Positions 9,672-17,063 of a stretch of DNA of 22,069 bases are shown here, piece after piece; position 1 is the stretch's first letter; every line of letters starts with the position of its first letter. The DNA comes from Armatimonadia bacterium (lineage in GTDB: Bacteria; Armatimonadota; Zipacnadia; Zipacnadales; UBA11051). Below the pieces are notes generated by a model that saw only the letters and a program-made list of their open reading frames with translations, was not told where the DNA came from and did no database searches. The translations under genes and the position numbers were made by a program. The stretch lies in the NCBI GenBank assembly GCA_039683575.1, contig JBDKRC010000310.1, positions 1 through 22,069 of the forward strand, in the 5' to 3' direction.

Positions 9672-10484
9672 ATGCGCAAACCCGTTATGGCCGGAAACTG
9701 GAAGATGAACTGTGACAACGAAGAAGCCTGCAAGCTCGCCTGCGCCGTCGTCGCAGGCATGGGCGATCCCGGCGCCGCCGAAGTCGTCCTCGGCGTCCCC
9801 GCCACCGCGCTGACCACCGTCGTTGGCTGCACCGAGAAGTCCCCCGTCGGAGTCGCCGCCCAGAACATGTTCTGGGAAGAGTCCGGCGCCTACACCGGTG
9901 AGATCTCGGCCAAGATGATCCTCTCGACCGGCGCCCAGTGGGTTATCATCGGCCACTCCGAGCGCCGCGGCCGCTTCGGCAAGCTCGAAGAGGGCTGGAC
10001 CCCTGCCCATGTCGCCTACTTCGGCGACTCTGACGTCACCGTTAACGCCAAGACCAAGAAGGCCATCGCCAGCGGCCTCAAGCCCATCGTCTGCTGTGGC
10101 GAGCTACTCAGCGAGCGCCAGGCCGGCAAGGCCGACGCCGTTGTGTCCGCGCAGGTCAAGGCCATGCTCGACGGCATCAGCGCCGCTGACGCCGCCAAGC
10201 TGGTCATCGCCTACGAGCCCGTCTGGGCCATCGGCACCGGCGAAGTCTGTGACGCCGACGAAGCCGACCGCATCTGCGGCATCGTCCGCCAGACCGTTGC
10301 CGAGGTCGTCGGCCAGGACGTTGCCGACGGCATGCGCGTGCTGTACGGTGGCAGCGTGAAGGCTGACAACGTCGAGGGCCTCATGGCCAAGCCGAACATT
10401 GATGGCGGCCTCGTCGGTGGCGCCTCGCTCAAGGCCGAGGGCTTCATCCCCCTCATCAAGGCCGCAGCCGCCTCCGTCGCGTAG
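9672..10484 (+). CDS. tpiA: Triosephosphate isomerase
   Basis: AGNWKMN, GAYTGEIS, GHSERR, AYEPVWAIGTG, YGGSV and LVGGASL. AGGAG RBS. Confidence 0.98.
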   Translation: MRKPVMAGNWKMNCDNEEACKLACAVVAGMGDPGAAEVVLGVPATALTTVVGCTEKSPVGVAAQNMFWEESGAYTGEISAKMILSTGAQWVIIGHSERRGRFGKLEEGWTPAHVAYFGDSDVTVNAKTKKAIASGLKPIVCCGELLSERQAGKADAVVSAQVKAMLDGISAADAAKLVIAYEPVWAIGTGEVCDADEADRICGIVRQTVAEVVGQDVADGMRVLYGGSVKADNVEGLMAKPNIDGGLVGGASLKAEGFIPLIKAAAASVA

Positions 10485-10506
10485 AGATCTGCCCCACCTG
10501 CAAATG

Positions 10507-10544
10507 AAACCGCCCACGGCAGCTGCCGTGGGCGGTTTGTCTTT
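10507..10544. terminator. Perfect 32-bp palindrome between convergent genes, probable bidirectional terminator
   Basis: AAACCGCCCACGGCAG|CTGCCGTGGGCGGTTT (10507-10538), followed by GTCTTT. Lies between the tpiA stop and the DUF1559 stop. Confidence 0.75.
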
Positions 10545-10577
10545 CGGATATCAATCGTCGCGTTCTACTGTTGCTTT

Positions 10578-11183
10578 CTACCGCTTCGCCGTCCAGAACT
10601 TCGCCAGCGGGATCCCGGCCACCGTAGCCTTCGAATACCACTTCGCGTGACCGTCCACGAAGTTCAGGTTGGTGCCCTCATTGTGCCGGTACTTGGTGTA
10701 GACATCGTGCAACGTCGCCACTGGTGCCTGCCATGGCCCGAAGACCACGCCATAGTTCGCCTCGCCAATCATCACCGTCTCCGCCGGCTCGGTCACATCA
10801 CCGAGCGAACTGGCAGCATTGGCGCTCGTGCCGCCCTGTCCCGGCCACCCCAGGTACTGGTAGTTCCATCCGTACCCCTGCTCACTGGTCGCGCTCGGGC
10901 AGGTAAGAATCTGCGTGTTCTTGATGTAAGGCTGGATCAGGTCACGCCACGTCTCATATGGAGGAATGGTGTCGCCCTCGTAGCGGTAGTGCAGCAACCG
11001 CTCGTCGTAATCCTGGAAATACGACATGCACGCTGTCCCAAGCTGCCGCGCATTGCTAAGACACGACGACTGTCGCGCCTTCTCACGTGCCTTCGCAAAG
11101 ACCGGAAACAAGATGGCTGCCAGGATTGCGATGATGGCAATCACGACCAGGAGCTCAATAAGCGTAAAACCGCGCTGCCGCAT
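10578..11183 (-). CDS. DUF1559-family prepilin-type N-terminal cleavage/methylation protein with an H-X9-DG C-terminal motif
   Basis: [41 protein letters not shown] and [19 protein letters not shown] 11183 preferred over GTG 11195 because AAGGTG lies about 10 nt upstream of it. Confidence 0.93.
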   Translation of the reverse strand: MRQRGFTLIELLVVIAIIAILAAILFPVFAKAREKARQSSCLSNARQLGTACMSYFQDYDERLLHYRYEGDTIPPYETWRDLIQPYIKNTQILTCPSATSEQGYGWNYQYLGWPGQGGTSANAASSLGDVTEPAETVMIGEANYGVVFGPWQAPVATLHDVYTKYRHNEGTNLNFVDGHAKWYSKATVAGIPLAKFWTAKR

Positions 11184-11335
11184 GTGGAGTCGCACCTTTC
11201 GCTAGGCTGAGGCTGATTGTCTATAGTTGTTCCACACCAGGGCGCAAAAGACCTGCCTCAAGCCTTCCGATGTGGACACCGTCGTGATCACACATGTCTG
11301 GTTTACATATGGCGAATATATTGCCACACTATGTT

Positions 11336-11365
11336 TTGCATCTCTCGAGCCAAGTATGGTATACT
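11336..11365 (+). promoter_or_regulatory. Putative sigma70 promoter (extended -10) for the MarR gene
   Basis: TTGCAT (11336-11341), 18-nt spacer, TG-G-TATACT (11360-11365), in an AT-rich divergent intergenic region. Confidence 0.6.
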
Positions 11366-11406
11366 CGTGTCGCCTCTCCAATCCACCCACTAGGACCCCC
11401 TTCACG

Positions 11407-11970
11407 ATGCGAAGCAGAAGCTCCGGTTCAAGCCGCACGCCCGTCAACAAGCTCTGCGACATCTTCGTCAATCTCATCGAGCGCGTACTCACCGACCGTG
11501 CCCTCGCTGGCGCTCCCTGCCATGACCTCTCACTCTCGCAGTGGGACGCGGTGCTTTTCATCCAGCGCCATGACAGTTGCGCCATCCGCGAACTCGCCGA
11601 GGGCCTGCAGGTCAGTCATCCTGCCGCTGTCAAGCTCGTCGAGCGCCTCGTGCGCAAGGGTCTCATCGAGCGCCACGAAAGCCCCACCGACCGCCGCGTC
11701 GTCCAGCTCCAACTCAACGCCGACGGCCGCAAGTGCGCTGACCACGTCCGCCAGGACCGGGCCCAGTCTCTCGAGCGCGTCATCTCCCAGATGGAAGCCG
11801 CCGACGCCGAGAGCCTGCGACGGGGTCTTCAGGCTTTCCTGCAGGCTGCCATGGTCGACTCCTCGATCGTGGACGCCGTCTGCCTGCACTGCGGCGTCGA
11901 ACACGTCAAGGAGTGCCTCGTCAACCAGGCCGAGTCCGACCTGACCCACGCTCCCCGCGCCCAGGTGTAG
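11407..11970 (+). CDS. MarR family winged-helix transcriptional regulator with a C-terminal CxxC-x3-H-x3-C motif
   Basis: LSLSQWDAVLFI, IRELAEGLQVSHPAAVKLVERLVRKGLIER and DRRVVQLQLNADG. Start moved to ATG 11407 (downstream of the promoter); exact start uncertain. Confidence 0.88.
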   Translation: MRSRSSGSSRTPVNKLCDIFVNLIERVLTDRALAGAPCHDLSLSQWDAVLFIQRHDSCAIRELAEGLQVSHPAAVKLVERLVRKGLIERHESPTDRRVVQLQLNADGRKCADHVRQDRAQSLERVISQMEAADAESLRRGLQAFLQAAMVDSSIVDAVCLHCGVEHVKECLVNQAESDLTHAPRAQV

Positions 11971-12137
11971 CAGCTTCGGCCGCTACACGCTCTATCACTA
12001 CCGCCGCCGCAGACCGTCGGACATATGGCATTCCGGCACTGCGGCGTCTTCGATTCACGCCGCCACTCCCAACAAGGAATCATCTCTCCTAGCCGCGAAC
12101 ACTCCCTCTGTTATCTCACTACGGATGTGATTGCCCC

Positions 12138-13709
12138 ATGGCCCTTACCAAAGCAGATATCGTAGCCGGTCTCAAGCAACTGGGCGTCGAGCCCGGCATG
12201 GTCATCATGGTTCATTCCGCCCTCGCCTCCTTTGGAGAAGTCGAGGGGGGCGCTGACACAGTCATTGATGCCCTGCTGGAAGCCGTTGGCACTGAGGGAA
12301 CTCTCGTGATGCCCGCTATGGGCGGTGCGCCGATCTTCGACGTCAACGAGACGCGCTCGAACGTCGGCGAGATTACCGACCGCTTCTGGCGCCGCCCAGA
12401 CGTCACCCGCAGCATCCATCCGACCCACTCAGCCGCTGGCAAAGGTCCGCTGGTCGACCAGATCCTTGCCGGTCATCTCGACCAGTCCACCGCCATTGGC
12501 CCGGAATCCCCCTGGGGACGCGTGGCCCAACTCGACAACGGCTACATCCTCTTCCTGGGCTGCGATCAGGACCGCAACACACTTCTCCACGCCGCCGAAG
12601 ACATCGTGAACGGTGCCTACCTCAACACCTATCGCCGTGACTACTACGACGCTGACCGTCGCGTGCAGACGCTGACGATGGAGCGCTTCCCTGGTCCGCA
12701 CCGCGACTTCATCCAACTCGACAGTCTTTTCCTCAAGAAGGGTGCCATGCAGGTCAGCAAGATCGGCAAGGCAGTCTGCCGTCTGATGAAGGCCGGCAAA
12801 ATACTCAAACTCACCGTCAAAGCGCTGCAGAAGGACCCTGCCGCGGTGCTCTGCGACAACCCGCACTGCGTGGACTGTGTCATCCAGCGTGCCGCGATCA
12901 AGCGTGACCGCCTTGCCCGCGAAGACTTCGAGCTCAGCGCCCTGGTTGACGACGTCTACCCGCCTGAGCGCCTCTCCACAGCCCTCTGGGACATCCAGGC
13001 CGAAGGTATCAGCACTCTCGAGATCAGTCCGCGCTTTGCGGAGGTACTCCGCCAGGCCGGTCCGCAGGCCCTCGCCGCTGCCGCCGACGACATTCACCGG
13101 GCTGGCTGCACCGTCGCCGTCTGGCCCTGTGCGATTCCCTGGGACGCTTCCGCCGAGGCCCAGGCAACGGCCTTCAACGCCGCTTGCGATGAGGCCGCGC
13201 CCTTCTCGCCCCGCTTCCTGAAGCTCTCCCCCTGGCTTGCCCCCGACGCCAGCCTCTCTGCGGCACTTGATCGCGCGATCCCGGCCCTGCAGGCCCTGTG
13301 TGACCTGGCAGCGCAGCGCGATGTCACCATCCTCCTCGAGAACCATCCGGCAGCCATTTGGCGCAACAAAGACACCTCTGCCACCGTCCTCAAGGGTGTT
13401 GGCAATCCTCGACTTCGCCTGGCGTTTGAGCCCGCGCACTTCGCCCAAGTCGGCGAGCACCCGTTCCTGGGTGCTTGGAATCATGGCAAGCTCAAGTCAC
13501 ACACCGCCCAACTCGCCGTCAGCGATGGCTGCGGCCGTCCCGGCTGGCCCGCCCAGACCCTCCCGGGGCGCGGTCAGGGAGAGGTTAAGGAGCTCATTTC
13601 CATACTGCGCTGCCGTTCCTTCGACGGCCTGCTCACTCTGCGCGCCGGTACCGACTTCACCTTTACCGAAGCCGCCAGGGCCTTCTGGCACCTTCTCGAC
13701 ACCATGTAG
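12138..13709 (+). CDS. AAC(3)/YokD-family N-acetyltransferase fused to a sugar-phosphate isomerase/epimerase-like TIM barrel
   Basis: N-half: LGV.PG..IMVHSALASFG.VEGGA, GTLVMP, RSIHPTHS.A..G, SPW and NTLLHAAE. Linker LCDNPHCVDC. C-half: ILLENHP, LRLAFEPAHF, PGRGQGEVKELIS.L and FDGLLTL. Confidence 0.85.
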   Translation: MALTKADIVAGLKQLGVEPGMVIMVHSALASFGEVEGGADTVIDALLEAVGTEGTLVMPAMGGAPIFDVNETRSNVGEITDRFWRRPDVTRSIHPTHSAAGKGPLVDQILAGHLDQSTAIGPESPWGRVAQLDNGYILFLGCDQDRNTLLHAAEDIVNGAYLNTYRRDYYDADRRVQTLTMERFPGPHRDFIQLDSLFLKKGAMQVSKIGKAVCRLMKAGKILKLTVKALQKDPAAVLCDNPHCVDCVIQRAAIKRDRLAREDFELSALVDDVYPPERLSTALWDIQAEGISTLEISPRFAEVLRQAGPQALAAAADDIHRAGCTVAVWPCAIPWDASAEAQATAFNAACDEAAPFSPRFLKLSPWLAPDASLSAALDRAIPALQALCDLAAQRDVTILLENHPAAIWRNKDTSATVLKGVGNPRLRLAFEPAHFAQVGEHPFLGAWNHGKLKSHTAQLAVSDGCGRPGWPAQTLPGRGQGEVKELISILRCRSFDGLLTLRAGTDFTFTEAARAFWHLLDTM

Positions 13710-13755
13710 CGATTGTTCGAGCAAAGCGGGAGGGCTCATAGTGCGAGGTCCCAAA

Positions 13756-13780
13756 GTGGGAGGGCTCTCCTGAGCCCGAC
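13756..13780 (+). repeat. REP-like palindrome, family B
   Basis: GTGGGA-GGGCTC-TCCT-GAGCCC-GAC. A partial direct copy lies 30 bp upstream (13722-13737). Confidence 0.65.
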
Positions 13781-13814
13781 GGGCCCTAATCTCCCGGGAA
13801 TCGAGGTGGCAAAG

Positions 13815-14504
13815 ATGCGCAAGCTCGAAGATATCGTCAAGCGCCAGTTCACGCGTTCCGAGTTGGACCGCGAGTTCCTCAGATGCTGCGCGGTCAATGA
13901 GGAGCGTGCCATCACCGAAACGCCCATCATTACTCTCTCACGCCAGATGGGCAGCGGTGGGGCCACCATTGGGAAGATCGTCGCCAACGAACTGAAGTTC
14001 ATCTTCTACGACCGGGAGATCATCGAGCACATCGCTCGTGAGACCGGCAGCAGCAAGGACCACATCGCCCGCCAGGAGGACACCTCGCGGGATGTTGTTG
14101 GCAACCTCGTTCTCAACCTCCTCGACTCCCGGCATGTGACCGATGCCGTCTATGCTCGGTCGCTCATCCGTATCCTGCGCACTATCGCCGAGGAGGGCCG
14201 CGCGGTGATCATCGGCCGCGCGGGATCGTGCATTCTGCCGCAGTCACTCAGGATCCGCATCGTCGCCCCCTTCGAGCTGCGCGTCCAGCGCATGGCACTC
14301 CTGCGCAGTATCGATGAGAAGGCGGCCCGCCACCTCGTATTGGAAACCGACCATGCGCGCAAGCGCTTCCTGCGGGGATTTTTCGGCTGCGACCCCAACG
14401 ACGCGCTGCTCTACGACCTCATCATCAACACCGGCTCATTCTCACTCGACCACGCCGCTGAACTCATCATCGCGCGCGTCCGACAGATATGGAAAGAAGG
14501 GTAA
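13815..14504 (+). CDS. Cytidylate kinase-like family protein (Cytidylate_kin2 type P-loop)
   Basis: IITLSRQMGSGG..IG..VA..L...FYDREII, AVIIGRAG, IVAPFELRVQR and YDLIINT. Start ATG 13815 follows GAGGTGG. Confidence 0.85.
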   Translation: MRKLEDIVKRQFTRSELDREFLRCCAVNEERAITETPIITLSRQMGSGGATIGKIVANELKFIFYDREIIEHIARETGSSKDHIARQEDTSRDVVGNLVLNLLDSRHVTDAVYARSLIRILRTIAEEGRAVIIGRAGSCILPQSLRIRIVAPFELRVQRMALLRSIDEKAARHLVLETDHARKRFLRGFFGCDPNDALLYDLIINTGSFSLDHAAELIIARVRQIWKEG

Positions 14505-14507
14505 CAC

Positions 14508-16130
14508 TTGGGTTTTGACCTGCTCCTCCGCCACGGAACTGTCGTTGATGGTTCCGGCGCCGACGCTTTGCACGCCGACGTAGCACTCTCCAATGGCCGC
14601 ATCGCCGCTATCGGTGATCTCTCAGAGGCCACCGCCGCCCGCACCATCGACTGCACCGGCAACGTCGTCTGTCCCGGCTTCATTGACCTCCACTCCCACT
14701 CTGACCTCACGCTGCTCTTCAACCCCCGTGCCGAGAGCAAAGTCCACATGGGCGTTACCAGCGAATGCAACGGCCAGTGCGGCATGGGCGTCTTCCCTGT
14801 CCGCCCAGACCACGCCGCCCCCCTCCTGGCCGCCTGCTCGTTCATCCAGGCCCCGGTAGAGTTCTGCTGGCGTGACACCACCGAGTACCTCGACACTCTC
14901 CGCTCACGGCAGCCTTCGGTCAACGTCGCGCCGATGCTTGGCCAAAGCGCCCTGCGTGCCTTCGCGATGGGCTTCGAGAACCGCCCTGCGACCGGCGACG
15001 AAATCGCCACCATGTGCGCCGCTGCCCGCGATGGCTTCTCTGCCGGAGCCGTCGGCATCTCCCTCGGTCTGGCTTACGCCCTCGGCTCGTTCTCCGCTCA
15101 CGATGAACTCGTCGCCCTCTGCGGCGAAGCCGCTGCCCATGACCGCCATATCAGCGTCCATCCCCGCAGCGAGGGCCTCCGCCAGATGGAGGGCCTCGAC
15201 GAGATGTTCGGCATCGCCCGCGAAGTAGCCGACCGCGGACGTCTTCGCCTGCAGATTGACCACCTCAAATGCTCTGGCAAAGCCTCCTGGGGCAACATGC
15301 CACGGGTCATCGAGAAGATCGAGCAAGCCCACGCTGAGGGCCTCGATCTCGCCTTCGACGTCTATCCCTACATCGCCGGCAGCCGTCACCTCTCCGGCTC
15401 TCTGCCCGCCTGGATGCACGACGGCGGTAATGAGGCCCTCGTAGCCCGTCTGCGCGACCCAGAATGCCGCGCCCGTCTCGCCGACGAGTTCAACGCCTGG
15501 AAGCGCGGCGAGCCGATTCACAACCCCTTCGAACTGAACTTCGCAGATATTCTCATCACCGATGTCGCTACCGACGAGAACCGCTGGGCCGTCGGCCTGC
15601 GCCTGAGCGAAATTGCCGACCAGCGCGGCCAGGACCCGCTCGAGGCCACTCTCGACCTCCTCGCCGAAGAGAACGCCCACGTCAGTGCCTGTCTCTTCTC
15701 AATGAGCGAAGACGACATGAGGCTTGCCCTGGCCCACCCTCTCGGCTGTGTGGCCACCGACGGCCTCGCCTACGCCCCCTACGGCGAGCTGAGCATCCCT
15801 CGCCCCCACCCGCGCTCCTACGGCACCTTCCCGCGCTTCTTGGGCAAGTACGTACGCGAGGAGAAGCTCCTCTCGCTCCCTGAGGCAATCCGCAAGTGTA
15901 CCTCCCTGCCCGCCTCGCGTCTCAAGCTCCAGGACCGCGGTCTCCTGCGCGAGAACATGCAAGCCGACATCGCCGTCTTCAACCCTGACACGATCGCCGA
16001 CACGGCAGACTATGCCAACCCGCACCAGTACCCGGTAGGCTTGAAGCTGGTGATCGTCAACGGCCAGGTCACGGTCGAAAACGACGAACACACCGGCGCC
16101 GGAGCCGGCCAAATCATCGGTCCGGCCTGA
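14508..16130 (+). CDS. N-acyl-D-amino-acid deacylase (D-aminoacylase, amidohydrolase superfamily)
   Basis: GTVVDGSG, PGFIDLHSHSD, GVT...NGQCG (metal-binding Cys), H.RSEG, HLK, FDVYPY.AGS, PHPRSYGTFPRFLG and ADIAVF.P. TTG start 3 nt after the previous stop. Confidence 0.92.
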   Translation: MGFDLLLRHGTVVDGSGADALHADVALSNGRIAAIGDLSEATAARTIDCTGNVVCPGFIDLHSHSDLTLLFNPRAESKVHMGVTSECNGQCGMGVFPVRPDHAAPLLAACSFIQAPVEFCWRDTTEYLDTLRSRQPSVNVAPMLGQSALRAFAMGFENRPATGDEIATMCAAARDGFSAGAVGISLGLAYALGSFSAHDELVALCGEAAAHDRHISVHPRSEGLRQMEGLDEMFGIAREVADRGRLRLQIDHLKCSGKASWGNMPRVIEKIEQAHAEGLDLAFDVYPYIAGSRHLSGSLPAWMHDGGNEALVARLRDPECRARLADEFNAWKRGEPIHNPFELNFADILITDVATDENRWAVGLRLSEIADQRGQDPLEATLDLLAEENAHVSACLFSMSEDDMRLALAHPLGCVATDGLAYAPYGELSIPRPHPRSYGTFPRFLGKYVREEKLLSLPEAIRKCTSLPASRLKLQDRGLLRENMQADIAVFNPDTIADTADYANPHQYPVGLKLVIVNGQVTVENDEHTGAGAGQIIGPA

Positions 16131-16144
16131 TGCCGTCTCGGACG

Positions 16145-16169
16145 GTAGGAGCGCTCCCCTGAGCGCGAC
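16145..16169 (+). repeat. GTAG-type REP-like palindrome, family B
   Basis: GTAGGA-GCGCTC-CCCT-GAGCGC-GAC. Confidence 0.65.
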
Positions 16170-16221
16170 ATCCACGACCAACCTACGCACCCGCCTCCAA
16201 CCCAATCGGAACCCGAACCTC

Positions 16222-16995
16222 ATGCTCTACCTAGGCACCTCCGGCTACTCATACGACGACTGGGTCGGCCCCTTCTACCCTCCCCGCACGGCGAAGAAGG
16301 ACTTTTTCGCCTTCTACGTCGACCACTTCAACACTGTCGAAATCAACTTCACCCACTACGCCCTCCCTGCGCAATCCACAATCAAGAACATCGCCGACCG
16401 CGCCCCTGAAGGCTTCATCTTCACCGTCAAATCCTACAAGGACATGACCATCGGCCGCACTCAGGACCCGCAGACCTACTCTGAGTACCGCTACAGCCTC
16501 GACCCCATGGTCAAACAGAACAAGCTCGGCTGCGTCCTGCTGCAATTCCCCAATCGCTTCAATCTCAGCAAGGACAACGTCAACCACCTCGCCTTCATCC
16601 GCAAGCAACTCTCCGACCTGCCGCTCTGCGTCGAATTCCGCCATCGCAGTTGGGTTGACGACGAGCGCACCTTCGACTTCCTGCGCGACCACGAAATGGC
16701 CTACTGCTGCGTGGACGAGCCACCCCTCCAGGACCTCGTCCCGCCGCTTGTCCGCGTCACCGCCCTCTTCGCCTACGTCCGCTTTCACGGGCGCAATGCA
16801 GACACCTGGTACGGTGGCGAGCACGCGTGGACGCGCTACAACTACCTCTACAACGATGACGAACTCCGGGAATGGGTAGAGCCGGTGGGAACGCTGCAGG
16901 AGCAGGTGAAGGACACGTTCGTGTACTTCAACAACCACTACGGCGCCAACGCCGTCAAGAACGCCCAGGATTTCGCCCGTCTTCTCGAAGAATAG
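16222..16995 (+). CDS. DUF72 domain protein (YecE/YunF-like)
   Basis: GTSGYSY..W.G.FYP, FNTVEIN.T.Y, LLQFP, VEFRH.SW, YVRFHGRN, Y.Y.Y...EL..W and YFNNH. Confidence 0.93.
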   Translation: MLYLGTSGYSYDDWVGPFYPPRTAKKDFFAFYVDHFNTVEINFTHYALPAQSTIKNIADRAPEGFIFTVKSYKDMTIGRTQDPQTYSEYRYSLDPMVKQNKLGCVLLQFPNRFNLSKDNVNHLAFIRKQLSDLPLCVEFRHRSWVDDERTFDFLRDHEMAYCCVDEPPLQDLVPPLVRVTALFAYVRFHGRNADTWYGGEHAWTRYNYLYNDDELREWVEPVGTLQEQVKDTFVYFNNHYGANAVKNAQDFARLLEE

Positions 16996-17063
16996 CCTCC
17001 CCCGAAGAAGGAATCTCACCGCCGCGCCGCGAAGTTCGCCCCTAATCGCGGCCCGGCCGCACC

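Noticed and set aside
11227-11406. 60-aa N-terminal extension of the MarR ORF
   Set aside because: It is AT-rich, contains the predicted promoter, and has no MarR-like sequence.
12138-12900. Acquired aminoglycoside resistance gene aac(3)
   Set aside because: It has host-like codon usage, no mobile context and a domain fusion. The family includes many non-resistance enzymes, so resistance cannot be claimed from sequence.
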